Below are positions 27,161 through 41,084 of a stretch of 64,000 bases of DNA, one piece after another. Below the pieces are notes generated by a model that saw only the letters and a program-made list of their open reading frames with translations, searched no databases and had not been told where the DNA came from. The stretch is from the human T2T-CHM13v2.0 reference genome, Homo sapiens. Positions within the stretch are counted from its first letter, which is position 1, and each line of letters begins with the position of its first letter. The DNA lies in assembly GCF_009914755.1 (NCBI RefSeq), contig NC_060944.1; one strand, given 5' to 3'. A program made the position numbers and the translations under genes.

Positions 27161-27502
27161 CAGCGGTCCCCAACCTTTTCTGGCACCAGGAACCGGTTCC
27201 ATGGAAGACAATTTTTTCACAGGCCTGGGGGTGGTGAGGGATGGTTTTGGGATAGAAACTTCCACCTCAGATCATCAGGCATCAGATTCTCATAAGGAGC
27301 TTGCAACCTGATCTCTTGCACACATTCAGTTCACAATAGGGTTCACGCTCCTAAGAGAACCTGATGCTGCAGCTGATCTAACAGGAGATGGAGCTCAGGT
27401 GGTCATGCTCAGTCGCTCGCCACTCACCTCCTGCCATGCAGTCCAGTTCCTAACAGGCCTCAGACCAGTACCGGTCTGTGGCCTGGGGGTTGAGGACCCC
27501 TG
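27161..27502. mobile_element. MER1 (MER1B-sized) hAT-Charlie MITE
   Basis: TIRs cagcggtccccaacc and ggttgaggacccctg; 8-bp TSD ctctaggg (27153) / ctctaggc (27503). Confidence 0.9.
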
Positions 27503-27537
27503 CTCTAGGCTGGTACTGCTGATGCTTAAAAAGAGAG
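27444..27537 (+). ncRNA. MIR645: microRNA 645 precursor; mature sequence 27504..27522
   Basis: Matches recalled mature UCUAGGCUGGUACUGCUGA; cagtaccggtct pairs with aggctggtactg. Confidence 0.88.
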
Positions 27538-27769
27538 GGTTTGCCAGAAATCAGATGGGACAAAAGGGCAAAGGCCGTGCCACAGAGTGCCCATATAGGG
27601 GAGAGCACGCCTGGAGCCTTCGAGAGCATGCAGAGAAGCCTGGAGACTGCATTTACCGGAGCTGCTGCCTGAGGCCACCCTCCAAGTGTCCCCACAGCGC
27701 ACCACAAGACCACAGGAGTGACCTCCTCACTGGCAGGTATTTGGGGAAACAACTGCTGTCTACTCTTTT

Positions 27770-28889
27770 GGGTAAAAAGTGAAACACCAATAGTTTAATT
27801 GAAATTTCAGAAAATTGAACATATGAACAAGGCAAATAAATACTAAGTAAGTTAAAAACACAAAATATGTCCAGGAAGTATCGATGAGAATGTTCAAGTT
27901 AAAGTTCTCCAATGCCATTGCTACAGCAACCTCAAACCCTAGGTTCTCTCTGCACTATTAACACAGACATCTCAGGACATGGTTTGCTTTTTTTTAAGAC
28001 TTAAATAGGAAACTAATTTTTCTTTCTTTAAAGCAATTGCGTTCTTCAGTGAACTCTTTCTTTAGGCCAGTTGATGGCTTCTTAGCAGTTTATTGACGAG
28101 ATCCTAGGGTAGCTTCCGAAGCTGGGTTGATTGATTGCATTTGGGTGCGGATGGCCAAAGTGAGTGGCCCTACTGCCTGTGCTGCTCAGGGCTCCTGGGC
28201 TGATGTGGTGGCTTCTTCCCTTTGTGCTGCTGAACATAGGGAAAGTGAGGTTCACAGTCCACCATCCACCAGCCGCCGTCTGTGAGCTCCACCAGCACTC
28301 GCAGCAAGTCAGTCGGGCTGAGAGTGTGGTTGTAGAAACCCTGGCTTTGTGCCTTCCCACCTTCCCCAGCTCACCAAGGTGACACCTGGCTGCTGCTGAA
28401 ATGGCCTGAGCAGTCTTGCATTAGCAGGGCCAGCCACCTGCCAGCCTGCTGCATCCCCAGTGCCTCTTGACGCAGAAGTGCCGAGCAGCTGACCGGCAGC
28501 GAGGCCTGGAGTTCTACACACTTGCCTTGGAGCCTTTTATTTAGGGCCTCAACTTGCCTGGCCTTGGCCCTTTTGTAGGTGGCCACCTAGTTTGGCTCAG
28601 CTCTGCATCTCGGGGAAGGTCACACAGACCCTCAGCCAGAAGTTGAGCGCTCTGTTGAGGCCGTGCAGCCCCTGGAATGCTGTACCTTTGCCTTGCTTTT
28701 TTCTGCCTCTGTACAAAAGACCAGCCCATGCCCTGGGGCTGGGTCAATGGCCGGAGTCTCAGGTAGAGCTCTGGGCAGCTCACACTCCTGGAGGAGTGCA
28801 CAGCACCATTACCCAGAGTGCAGGCTATGTCCAGGCTGGGCAGCAGCAAAAAAAACGATGTGAGATTTGTGCTCATCAGCCAGGATTTT
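27770..28889 (-). other. RIPOR3: RIPOR3 3'UTR
   Basis: Follows the TAA stop; minus-strand AATAAA at 28536 and 28089, ATTAAA at 27794; end approximate. Confidence 0.7.
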
Positions 28890-28990
28890 TTAAAATATTG
28901 TGATTTCAACATCTGCCTCCTGGCAAAAGACTTCTCTTTGTTCTGAGCAGAGCTTGTCCATCTTCTCAAAAGCTAACCGTCCTTTTTCAC
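28890..28990 (-). CDS. RIPOR3: RIPOR3 terminal coding exon
   Basis: (G)EKGRLAFEKMDKLCSEQREVFCQEADVEITIF*; tttcag acceptor; 101 nt. Confidence 0.95.
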
Positions 28991-29459
28991 CTGAAATAGC
29001 AAAGGGACCTGTCAGCGGGTTGGATCCTGCCTTGGCACTTCCAACTCTCCTGGGCCAGGGTGGCCCTAGTGCTTAGTGACTGTGGGTCTCAGTGGTCTCT
29101 GCAAAGCGGCAGGGGAGGGAGTATGTGCGGGAGCCCCCACCTGGTGACTCACATGGCCTGGGGGCCTTGTCTTTACCTCTAGGATGTTCCGCTGAATGGG
29201 AACCCTGCCTTGCCTCTGGCTTCTATCCCAAAGGTCTAAGAAGACAGCGAACACTCCCTGCCACCCCAGCCATGGAGGAGGCCTGCCTTGGCAGGATGCT
29301 ACAAAGGGTGGAGGTCGGCTCTGTGCCAGGGCTGCTAACGGTGCCCATCCCAGGTGCCCCAGAGTTGTTCTGCCTGCTGGGAGAGCTGGGTGTGGCCTCT
29401 CGCAGATTCTAAGGGCCCCAGGCACCCCGCTGCGCTGCACAGTTTGTGCCACTTTTTAC

Positions 29460-29550
29460 CGAACGACAGTGTGGTTTCCCGGGCTGCCGCCCGCACGGCC
29501 TCCAGGTCAGACTGGCACAGGCTGGCAGTCTGGTCGATGCTTTCAATGCC
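29460..29550 (-). CDS. RIPOR3: RIPOR3 exon
   Basis: GIESIDQTASLCQSDLEAVRAAARETTLSF; 91 nt. Confidence 0.95.
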
Positions 29551-30456
29551 CTGTTCGAGATTAGGAGAAAAAGAACCCTTTAGGGGGCCTTCTCAACAGC
29601 AGGTAGAGTCCACTTAGTGGCCCTGCAGGGCCAGTCCTAGCATGGTCTCTGGGGCCTCAGCCCCTTCCTTTTCTCCAGGCTTCCAGGTTTTTTAGGTGGC
29701 CTCAGGTTCATGAGAGGCACCTCTGGACTCTGGAAGCGTCTCGCCTCTTCAGCCCTTACACCCGCTAGGGAGCCAGGCTGTTAGCAGAACTCGTCATCCT
29801 GGATGCCTGCTGAAAGGCTAGAATTGAAAAGGAGACCTGCTGCTTTCTGGACCTTCCTGCCTCCCTCACGCTCTCCTTGCCCTACTCTCCAGGACAGCCT
29901 GTGCCAGTACTTCGCCCAACTCAGGCACATGCCCCCTGGCTGCTCCTGCAGGCCAAGGACCGGCATGCGCTGCAGCGCCCTCTACTGGGCACCTGGCCCT
30001 CGCTGGTTTTCTGATCCTAACCAGCTTCTCCTCTTAGAATTTCCTGCTGATCCATCCCAGAATGAATGGGAGTTCAATCTGTACTGAATTATCTTTCATC
30101 TAGCAATTGTGCAATTCCAAATGCAGGTGAGGTTGAGGGAAAGCGGGCATCCCCTCACATCCATGGGATCTATGTGTGGGTTGTATCAAGAGTCTCAAAA
30201 ATGCTCATATTCTCCGGTCCTAGAATTGGGTCTAGCCTAAGGAAATAATTCAGAACTCCATGTTTTTTTAAAGCTTTATGCACAAACATGATCATAAGAC
30301 ATGATTTATGATAAAAATTGGATGAAGTAAACTTTCCTATGAAAGCAGCTGAGTAGGTTAAATTAAGGTATACACTTGATAGCCCCTTCATAAAGAATTC
30401 TCAAGTGAAAAAAAAAAAAAAAAAAAGAAAAAAAACACCACAAATAAAGAATTCTA

Positions 30457-30805
<349 letters not shown>

Positions 30806-30966
30806 TTATTTTGTTGACTGTTTTTAAACTATGTTTGGATCAACAATTTTAAATGCTCACACACACCCACAAACTTTTAAAAGAAGCATACCAGAATGTC
30901 AACCATTGTTTCTGCTACATTCTAGGATGATGGATAACTTTCTTTTCTATCTCTGTATTTTGTAAC

Positions 30967-31254
30967 TTTTTTTTTTTTTTTTTTAAGATGGAGTCTTGCT
31001 CTGTCACCCAGGCTGCAGTGCAGTGGCACGATCTCGGCTCACTGCAACCTCCACCTCCCGGGTTCAAGTCCCGAGTAGCTGGGACTACAGGCATGTGCCA
31101 CCACGCCTAGCTAATTTTGTGTGTGTGTATTATTAGTAGAGATGGAGTTTCGCCATGTTGGCCAGGCTGGTTTCAAACTCCTGACCTCAGGTGATCTGCC
31201 TGCCTTGGCCTCCCAAAGTGCTGAGATTACAGGCGTGAGCCATCACGCCCAGCC
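30967..31254 (-). mobile_element. AluS with small internal deletion
   Basis: Poly-T head; ggttcaag|tcccgagtag lacks the usual cgattctcctgcctcagcc. Confidence 0.93.
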
Positions 31255-31344
31255 CCAGTGGAATCATTTTGAAGTTAACTAACCTTAACCCTAACCACAA
31301 GCAGGCTTTTCTATCAGCCACTAATGGGGAAACGTCAGGCTCAC

Positions 31345-31428
31345 CTTGAGGTGTTTGAGCGCTAGGCATGCGGCCTGCTGGAGCCTTGCGTCGTTCTCTG
31401 CCAGGGCGTTGGTGTAGAACAGCAAAGC
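31345..31428 (-). CDS. RIPOR3: RIPOR3 exon
   Basis: ALLFYTNALAENDARLQQAACLALKHLK; 84 nt. Confidence 0.95.
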
Positions 31429-32474
31429 CTGGGGAGAGTAAGGAGGCTGTGAATGGAGGGGTAAGCAGAAGTGGAGTCCATGGTTCCGGGTCCATCAGCC
31501 ACCAGGTGCCGACAGTAAGGCACGCTGTGCCCATCTTTCTCTAAACAACGTTCAGGACACGATCGGTCCATCTTTGGGCCCTGTGTACACAGTCACAAGA
31601 TCTATACTGTGGTGTTTAATTTATCCCTAAAAACAGATGCCAGGGCTAATACAATGAAGAAAGCTATTTTTGTCTAATAATATTCCGGAAGTGCATTCTG
31701 AAACTGCTGTCTATAAAATGCTGAATCAGAGAAATCAGATGCCCAGCTCAGAACAACAGAAGAACTGATCATCCCATGTGCGTTGCCCTCTTCAGCTGAA
31801 AACGGGCAAGGCTGCTGCCTTGGGCCAGAGGGAAACCTGCCTATTCCCCTCAGCCCTCCTGTCCAATCCCAGCGGTGACCCTGCCCTCTTCGGTCTCACG
31901 ACCATGGCCACATCAGTTCATGTCTTTGGGCCTAACTTGACTCAGCTGAAAACAAAGCTGGCACTTGCTTCATGTGTTATTGTAGGGTTTGTCAGAAAGC
32001 ACACAGGGTTATGCCCGGCCCGCAGTGGAGTCCAGCGTCTGCGGCTGCAAAGGGAAACCCAGGAGTGGGTTTGCCCTCACTCAGTCGAGTGGCTGCACCT
32101 TCAACTGCACGGGTGGGGCGATGGAGGGGCCCAGGTGTAGAGTTGGCTCCAGGGACCTGGGCCCAGAGCCAAAAGAGAATGGCCGCCTTTCCATCTGCAG
32201 GTGGCTCTCCAAAGTGTCTGCTGCTTTGGGAAGACAGACTGGGAGTAGGATCGGGTCCTCCCGCTCCTCCTACACAGGGCTCTGGTGAAGGCTGTGAGGC
32301 CACATCGGTGTGGAAATGTCACACTGCCCACTGCCTCTAACCCCAGGGTCCCAGGTCATGGCAGCCTACTCCTTCCTCAGCACCCTCATCTGAGGCCAAG
32401 CAATCTGTCACTGGGTTGGCCCCCACCTCAGTGTTTCCTACTCTCTAAAGTCTGTCACATGAAGATGAAGGCCC

Positions 32475-32565
32475 TTTTTTTTTTTTTTTTTGAGACAGAG
32501 TCTCACTTCGTTGCCCAGCCTGGGGTGCAGTAGCACAATCTCGGCTCCCTGCAGCCTCTGCTTCC
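32475..32565 (-). mobile_element. Partial Alu (3' end only)
   Basis: Poly-T then gagacagagtctcacttcgttgccc..., stops after about 75 nt. Confidence 0.85.
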
Positions 32566-32789
32566 CATGGAGGCCTTGTTTATATACCCCCATACCCAAA
32601 AAACAAAATACACCTGACTTCAGTGGATCCTTGAAGCCAACTACTAGTTTTCAGGAACTACAGAAGACAGAGAAATACATTAAACTACCGTTAAACTTCC
32701 TGCAAGCAGCAAAGTCTAGATAGTCTAGGTCAACCTGGGATCGATCAAATTAATTGCAAGCAGAGAAAGAAACGGGGAAAAAAACCTTT

Positions 32790-33182
32790 AGATTGATTGG
32801 AAGCCATCAGCCAATCACAATGTGTGTCCTTATGTAGATACTATTTTAACAAAAAATAAAACAGGATGCTTGAGGCTTGGAAATTTGAACATAAGATATA
32901 TGATATAAAGGAATTGATAGTTAATTTTTTAGATAAGATAATGGTGTTAGAGTTGTGATTTTTGAAAGAATTCTTAACCTTTTGACACATATAGTTAACT
33001 ATTTAAGGTCAAATAGGATGCCTCAGGTTGCTTCAAAGTGATACAGGGGAGTGGAGGGGAAAGGGGCAGGATTGGCCATGGGTTGATGGTGGTTGGGCTT
33101 GGGTTATGGGTGCAGGTGGATTCATTATATTGCTCTGTCTACTTTTGCAAGTTCAAAAGTCTCCAAATAAAGAGTTAAAAAC
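32790..33182 (+). mobile_element. L1MC-like 3' end remnant
   Basis: ttcattatattgctctgtctacttttg...aataaa resembles old L1 3'UTR ends. Confidence 0.55.
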
Positions 33183-33474
33183 AACCACAAAGTAGGCGGA
33201 TGGGCTCCAAGAAGGGCTATTGGCAATGGAACTGGAGATTTCCTCTCTAGTCTGGAGCTGAGACCATCAGTGTAGACTATGCCCTTGATGTCACCCTTCC
33301 TGAACCCCTCAGGGTGTGGCGCCTTAAACGTACAGTAGTTACAGGCAAAGAGTGAAAAAGCAGAGAGGTCCACTCTCTTGGTTTTCAAATGGACTGAACA
33401 CAGTGACCCATTACCAGGTAGCCATGAATATTAATTGAAAGTAAATAAGGATGACTATCAAAACACTAAGAAAG

Positions 33475-33761
33475 GCTGGGCGCAGTGGCTCACGCCTGTA
33501 ATCCCAGCACTTTGGGAAGCCAAGGCAGGCGGATCGCAGGGTCAGGAGTTTGAGACCAGCCTGGCCAACATGGTGAAACCCTGTATCTACTAAAATTACA
33601 AAAATTAGCTGGGTATGGTGGTGGGCGCCTGTAATCCCAGCTACTCAGGAGGCTGAGGCAGGAGAATTGCTTGAACCCAGGAGGTGGAGGTTGCAAGATC
33701 GTGGCACTGGACTCCAGCCTGGGCAACAGAGCAGAACTCTGTCTAAACAGACAGACAAAAA
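33475..33761 (+). mobile_element. AluS
   Basis: Alu dimer; cactaagaaa on both flanks. Confidence 0.93.
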
Positions 33762-34002
33762 ACGCACTAAGAAAAACATTCAGCGTGCAAGTGACATCTC
33801 AGAGGCCTAACAGATGTGTTGCTTTGGAAGCAGCAAGGTGCATTCATGTGTGTTAGATCGTAGCCCAGGTCCCTCCATCAAAATAGCTCACAGCTACTGC
33901 AGCCCCTGGCACTCACTTCTTTGTACTTTTCCATGAGAACACCAGCTTACCTATGCCCACACATCTGTGGCCAGGGTCTGCCACCTGCCCTGGACAACGT
34001 AC

Positions 34003-34205
34003 CTTTTCCCGGAAGCTTCTGTTCCTGACTGCACCAGCCAGGCGAGCGCTGGCCGCCCTGCACACCCTCGGAGTGCCGTCCAGCTGGAGCAGCGCCCAGG
34101 CTCTTAAGGTCTGGGGCAGAGGCTGGAGCTGGCCCAGCCGCTTCCCCTGCAGCTTCCGGACCACCTTGGCCTGTCCCGCACAGTGAAGCTCCTCGATGAG
34201 TGTCA
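34003..34205 (-). CDS. RIPOR3: RIPOR3 exon
   Basis: (V)TLIEELHCAGQAKVVRKLQ...NRSFREK; 203 nt. Confidence 0.95.
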
Positions 34206-34693
34206 CTAGAAGACAGGAAAGAGGTGGGCCCAGGTCCCCTGAATGGGAGTTTGGCAGGACAGCTGCAAGTTTGCTTGGCTGCTGCCAGTAGCCACAGAGG
34301 AACAAATCCCAGACCCACCGGGATGATCACCAAGGCCCAGCCTGGACTAATTTCACAGGGAGCTCCTGGAATCTCCAGGAAGGCCTTTTAACAAGGGGTC
34401 AAATATGCTCCATAAATTAATAAAACCACAGCCCACACTTCCAGGGACTCTGGCCAGCCAAGATCACCCTCCTACCCAGCTCTGACCTCTGTTCCGTGCT
34501 TTTTAAAGCTGACTTCCCTTGGAGCTAATATCAGCCCCCATCGGCTGAACGCAGAATCTCATTAAATCGGGGTTCCCAAAAGAACAGTTGGCGGGGATGG
34601 ATGTAGTGGTTCTGAATTATAACCTGAGAAACTGCATGTGACAGGGCTCCGTGGATATTCCTCTGCTATGACAGCCACCCACCCCAGTCTTAC

Positions 34694-34855
34694 CTTCCTT
34701 GGTGAGCTGGGTGAAGTGCTTCTCCAGGTCAGAGACGCTCTGCCTCTGCAGGTAGCTGTGAAACTGGAACCAGGTAATGATCTGTTCTTCTGGGAGCCCA
34801 GCTCCGGGGAGCAGCCCACCACAGCTGACCACCTGCTCCAGGAGCCTGCGGCACG
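34694..34855 (-). CDS. RIPOR3: RIPOR3 exon
   Basis: (A)CRRLLEQVVSCGG...KHFTQLTKE; 162 nt. Confidence 0.95.
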
Positions 34856-34949
34856 CTGGCCAAAGGGGAGAGTACATCAGGAGAAACTGAGACCTCGACC
34901 CTCCACGCTTCTCAGCTGGGAGTAGCCTGGTCAGCTAAAAGGCTTTCTG

Positions 34950-35273
<324 letters not shown>

Positions 35274-35647
35274 TCACTGCATTCCCTGTGCTGTAGGGGA
35301 GGAGTGTGCCCAGCTAGAGTCAGGACTGTGACTCCAACTCACCCTGAGTCAGACCGTGTTGGGTTCATCCCCATGCCCTGGGCCCCACACCACACCTGGA
35401 TCAAAATCCCGGAGGCAGGGCCTGGGAATATGCATGTCAACAAGCAGTCCAGGTGGTGCTTGGAACATGACTGTCACCTTTCACTTGCTCCACAGAAAAA
35501 GGCAAATTCTGGGGAAGAACGCAGTCCAGCCAGCATTTCTAGATACCCTCGTGGGCCCCTGCCTGCCTCCCTTCCCATAAGGTTCATTCTTTACCCGTCA
35601 GGCTCTGGTGGGAGGCATGGAATCTGTCCCCAGAAAAATGCTCTGGC

Positions 35648-35985
<338 letters not shown>

Positions 35986-36211
35986 TCAGGGCTCCACAGA
36001 CTGCTCAGAAGGCCCCACGTGGAGGCCCCTTCTCGCCCGGTGAAAGGGCGGTGACTCGCACTGAAGCTGAGAAAGCTCCTCCGTCCGATGGCATGAAGAC
36101 ACAGAGGTGAAGACAGGGCTGAAATGAGGCCAGCTGTGGCCACCCTGAAGGCCCTGGAGACTCAATACAGCCTTTCTGTGGGAGGGGACGACAGGACAGA
36201 AGGGAACCCAC

Positions 36212-36373
36212 CTATTTCCAGCTGTCCTGGGTACTTCCCTCTGACTCTGTGCTGGAAGGTTTTCTTGAGCTGGTTCAGCAGCGTCGTGGCAGGGCAGGAC
36301 AGGACCCTGCCAGGCCCTGTGCACCCTCTCCACAGCTTCAGGCACCCCTTCGTCCGCGAGGCCTGTGGGATGA
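36212..36373 (-). CDS. RIPOR3: RIPOR3 exon
   Basis: (I)IPQASRTKGCLKLW...KYPGQLEI; 162 nt. Confidence 0.95.
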
Positions 36374-37027
36374 CTGAAAGCCCCAGTTCAGAAACCTGAA
36401 TGGTGACTCGGGGAGAGCACATGACAAGGACCCGAAAGGTTTCCCTCCACTAGGACCTGAGGGGGTAGGGAGGAGGGGACGGTGTGGCTTGATGCGAGGT
36501 CCCTTCCCTGCATTCCCATGTGACACGTGAGCAACTTTGGCTCTAAGCATCTTACCAGGGCCACCACCTGCAGTCCCCACAACAACCTGGGAGGGGCTGC
36601 TGTCACCAGCCTCTCCTTACAGACAAGGAACCTGGCCTTCTGAGGGGAGGTCCCACGGGGCAGAGGCACAGCTGGGATCACAGCTACTGTTTGACGGCAC
36701 ATTCTGCACCTTGAATGTGGCCTGGGGTTACCTCACTGAACCCCGTGCAGTGCCCTCCTCCTATGCAGATAGGGAAGCAGAGGCTCAGAGATGTGAATCA
36801 TTTGCCTAGAGTCACACAGCTGACTGAAGAGTGTGCTGCAACTCCAGGACTTGTCTCCCTTACCTCCCCACAAAGAGTGTGTATCTCTGAGCCCAGCCCA
36901 GCCACAGCCTCCACTCTGGGCCCCGATTAACTCTGGCTATTAGGAAGGCAGAAGAGGCTCCCCGAGCTTTGATCCCGTCCCCGTGCCGCTCACATAGGCA
37001 GCCCCTGGGTGGCAGGCAGCTACTTAC

Positions 37028-37163
37028 TCTCTTCAATGGATGTTGCCTTGCCGACCTTCTCAAAGTCAAGGACAGAAAGTGTCTCCAGAACGTGCTTTTG
37101 CTGTGCCACTTCTTCCAGGAGGCATTCCTGGACCAGCCTTGATAAATTAGGGGAGGCCAGTTT
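37028..37163 (-). CDS. RIPOR3: RIPOR3 exon
   Basis: KLASPNLSRLVQECLLEEV...KATSIEE; 136 nt. Confidence 0.95.
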
Positions 37164-37289
37164 CTGGGAAGCAGCCCAGATGCTCCAGATTAGCATGGAA
37201 CATGCCCACCGAGGTCAGCTGTTACGGCTGTGGCTCCCACCTGCTTGTGCCCATCTCTTCTGTCCCGGGGGCAGCTCCCTGACTGTCAT

Positions 37290-37570
37290 TTGGGGATTCC
37301 CCTTTCACCAAGGTGGCTGAGCTAATGGGATGCAGGCTGGGCTGCCAGGGACCACCTTTGCCCCCAGAAGGAGGACCAACCTGCCTGAAAGTGAAGCCAA
37401 CCCACATTGCAAAGCAGAACTGAGAGAGACCTAGTCCTGATAGCATTTGAACCCGTGCATCCAGCCGAGCCTGAAGCCTACCTCTGAGGCTTTCAGTACC
37501 ATGAGCCGATAAATTTTCCTGTTGGCTGAGCCAGTTTGCATTAGGGTTCTGGCACCTATAAATGAGAGTC
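37290..37570 (+). mobile_element. MLT1-family MaLR LTR remnant
   Basis: gcatccagccgagcctgaagc...tgagccgataaatttt...gagccagtttgcattagggttctg. Confidence 0.6.
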
Positions 37571-37798
37571 ACCACCAAAGCCTTTGGTTTAGGGCTTGGC
37601 CTGTGTAAGAGCCACACGAGTATTCACCCAGACCCTGGTCTGCCTCTCTTCCACTGGGGAATAGCTTCAGTCTCACGGGCTTCCAGGATGCAGGTCTGTC
37701 ACCCCTTCATGCTTCCCACCACCTTCAAGATGAGCCTTTGCAAAGAGGACTCCAAACCCCTGTCTGCCCCTCCCTGACAAGTCCCCTAGCCCAGCCAC

Positions 37799-37922
37799 CT
37801 GCAGCAGAGCTTTGCAGACTTGGAGGTGTACCATCAGCAGCACGTCCAGCTCTGGGGCACCGGCTGTGAGTTCCCTGGATGACGCTTTCAGTGATGACGG
37901 TGGGGGCAGGGGCCGGTCCTTT
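37799..37922 (-). CDS. RIPOR3: RIPOR3 exon
   Basis: (R)KDRPLPPPSSLKASS...VCKALLQ; 124 nt. Confidence 0.95.
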
Positions 37923-38614
37923 CTGAGTTGAATTGAGAACTGGGTGACCATTCCAGTTAGCAGTTCAGCTCCCTCTGAGGGTGGGGGAACCCTCCCTTCC
38001 CAGCGAGCCCCAGGTCAGGAGGCCCACTCCAGGTCCCAGGAAGTTCAACTGAAGAGGAAGGGGAAAGGAACAAAGGGTGGCAGCAACTCGAAACAGAGCT
38101 GGGAGGTGTGGCCAAGGGCCTGGGGAAGGCAGGGCGGGCAGTCGTCTTCCAGGATGTCTCGTGGAGGTAGAAGAGAATTCCAACTCATCCCAGCTCTGTG
38201 ACGCTGGACAAGTCTGCCTCCCCAAGGCTCAGGTGACTCATCTATCAAGGGAGGCAGGAGCCCCACACTCAAGGCCGTGAGGGGTGCATGAAATACGGTG
38301 GGCAAGAGCGCCTCACACCAAGTCCACTCTGTGGTAGAGGCTAGACCTGCTGCCCGACCCACTCAGCCACTCAGGAAGGGTGGAAGCAAGTGTGGCACGA
38401 AACACCGCACTCGTCCGTGGGATTGTGAGAGGCGAGGAGAAGGAATTGAGCCTCTGCTCTTCCATGTGGTGAGATGCGGATGCAGAAGCCCTCGGGGGCT
38501 GGGGCAGGTGAGGCTGCGTAGCCTCGAGGGAAGCTGTCATGAGAGGTGTGGGCCCTGTGGTGGGACAGAGGGAACAGCACTGGATACTGCTGCACCTTGG
38601 TTAGGGGCTAAGAG

Positions 38615-38923
<309 letters not shown>

Positions 38924-39238
38924 CTCAAAGAACTTCTACTATATACTTGGTGATTATTTTTAAGGTTTAAAAAATAATACTAAAAGCTGGTTCCTTGGAG
39001 CAGAAGGCTCAGGGGCAGGCTGGGGTGATCTCACCCACTTCGTGGTCTCTGAGGACCGGCTCTGAGGCAAGTGGGGGATGTGCGGGGATGGCATGGGGAA
39101 GGGTGCACGATAGAGTGACAAGAGCTGAGCCAAGGACAGTGGGAGAAACAGACGGGGAGGCTGGCAGGAAACGTGGAGCTCGGGTCACCCGGTGGGAGTG
39201 GTGGCCACTGGGTCACTGCTGGAAGGAGGTGCACTCAC

Positions 39239-39369
39239 CGGAGACCCTGGGAGCCCCCAAACAGGGACAGCTCATCCAGGGCGAAGTCGGCATTGAGGAA
39301 GGCGAAGCTCTCCAGGATGCACTCCATCAGGCTCTCGGCCGAGGTGTGCTCCTGCCGTGCTCTGCAGGG
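39239..39369 (-). CDS. RIPOR3: RIPOR3 exon
   Basis: PCRARQEHTSAESLMECILESFAFLNADFALDELSLFGGSQGL; 131 nt. Confidence 0.95.
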
Positions 39370-40323
39370 CTGTGGACGAAGTGGCCAGACCTGAGGGCAA
39401 CACCGGGCCCCACCCACCCGACTGGGACACTGGCCAGGGGCCTCACGGCAGACTTGGGCAATGTCCCGGTCCCAAGCCCCAATCCCACACACCGTCCCCC
39501 AGCAGAAGCCCAGCCGCTGGCCCAAGGCGTGGCACTGGGCGTGTCACCCCCCAAAGTCCCTCCTGAATGGCCTGTGACAAGGTAGGAGCAGAATCTTGAG
39601 GGGGACAGATCTGAAAACCCTCCCCTGTATCTCAGACACCCACGGGGACAAGGCCAATGGCAGGAGTGAGTGAGCTGCCCCAGCGGGGACCAGGGAGGCA
39701 GGAGCGCAGGTGCCTCCCCTAAGAGGGGGCCACGCTCATAGATCGCCCAGTTCTAAGGAAACCCTAAAACATGGATATTTATGGGAAACTGCCCAGCTTT
39801 GAAATACCAACAACAAATTTCAAAGTATTTTAAATACATGGTGTAGGTCAGGCAAACGCTTCTTCACGAGGCTCAGAGGCCTGTGGGCTCCAGGTTCCTC
39901 CTCCCTGTTGGGTTTCTCTCCCCAACAGATTAAGGGAGAGTGTTGGGGCCACCAACCCGCCACTGGTCAAGTCACCAGAGCCTCCAGTGCCAGCTCCCTC
40001 CCTGGAGATTTCTGTCTTGTCCCCAACTCGTGGCTGGCTCTGGGGCTGGTTCCTGCCCCCGTTCCCAGCACACCCCACCCAGGCCTTGTGTCCAACACAA
40101 ACTGCAGCCAAGGCACAGCCCAAGCAGAAGCCATAAAACCAAACCAGGATCCTAACTGCGGAGCCAAAGAGAAAATCTTGAGGACGAAGGGAATAACAAG
40201 GCTAGTTGCAGAGATCACATTTTCCAATACAAAAATATAGGCATACATGTGTATGTAAGTGTGTATCAATACACACATGCATGTAGACTGCTGATTCTCA
40301 ATAGTCAAGGTAGTTATGTTCTA

Positions 40324-40580
40324 GAGGCCAAGGCGGGCAGATCACTTGAGGTCAGGAGTTCAAGACCAGCCTGGCCAACATGATGAAACTGCATCTCTAC
40401 TAAAAATACAAAAATTAGCCGGGTGTGGTGGCACAGACCTGTAGCCTCAGCTACTCAGGAGGCTGAGGCAGGAGAATTGCTTGACCCGGGGAGGCGGAGG
40501 TTGCAGTGAGCCAAGATTGCACCACTGCGCTCCAGCCTGAGCGACAGAGCAAGACTCCATCTCAGAAAAAAAAAAAAAAA
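40324..40580 (+). mobile_element. 5'-truncated Alu
   Basis: Begins gaggccaaggcgggcag; gttatgttcta duplicated on both flanks. Confidence 0.92.
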
Positions 40581-40768
40581 GGAGGGGGTTATGTTCTATA
40601 AAATCACAGCAAAAAAACTGAATCAGCAAAAGCTGAACCATTGCTCCTAAGGGAGTTACTGGGTTAGGTTCCTGTGAACCTCTGGTCACAGCAGTTTTAT
40701 CAACTCAGCAATGCAGAACTTTGTATGTGTCTTTTGGTTTAAAGACACCTTATTTAATAGCTATTGTT

Positions 40769-41084
<316 letters not shown>

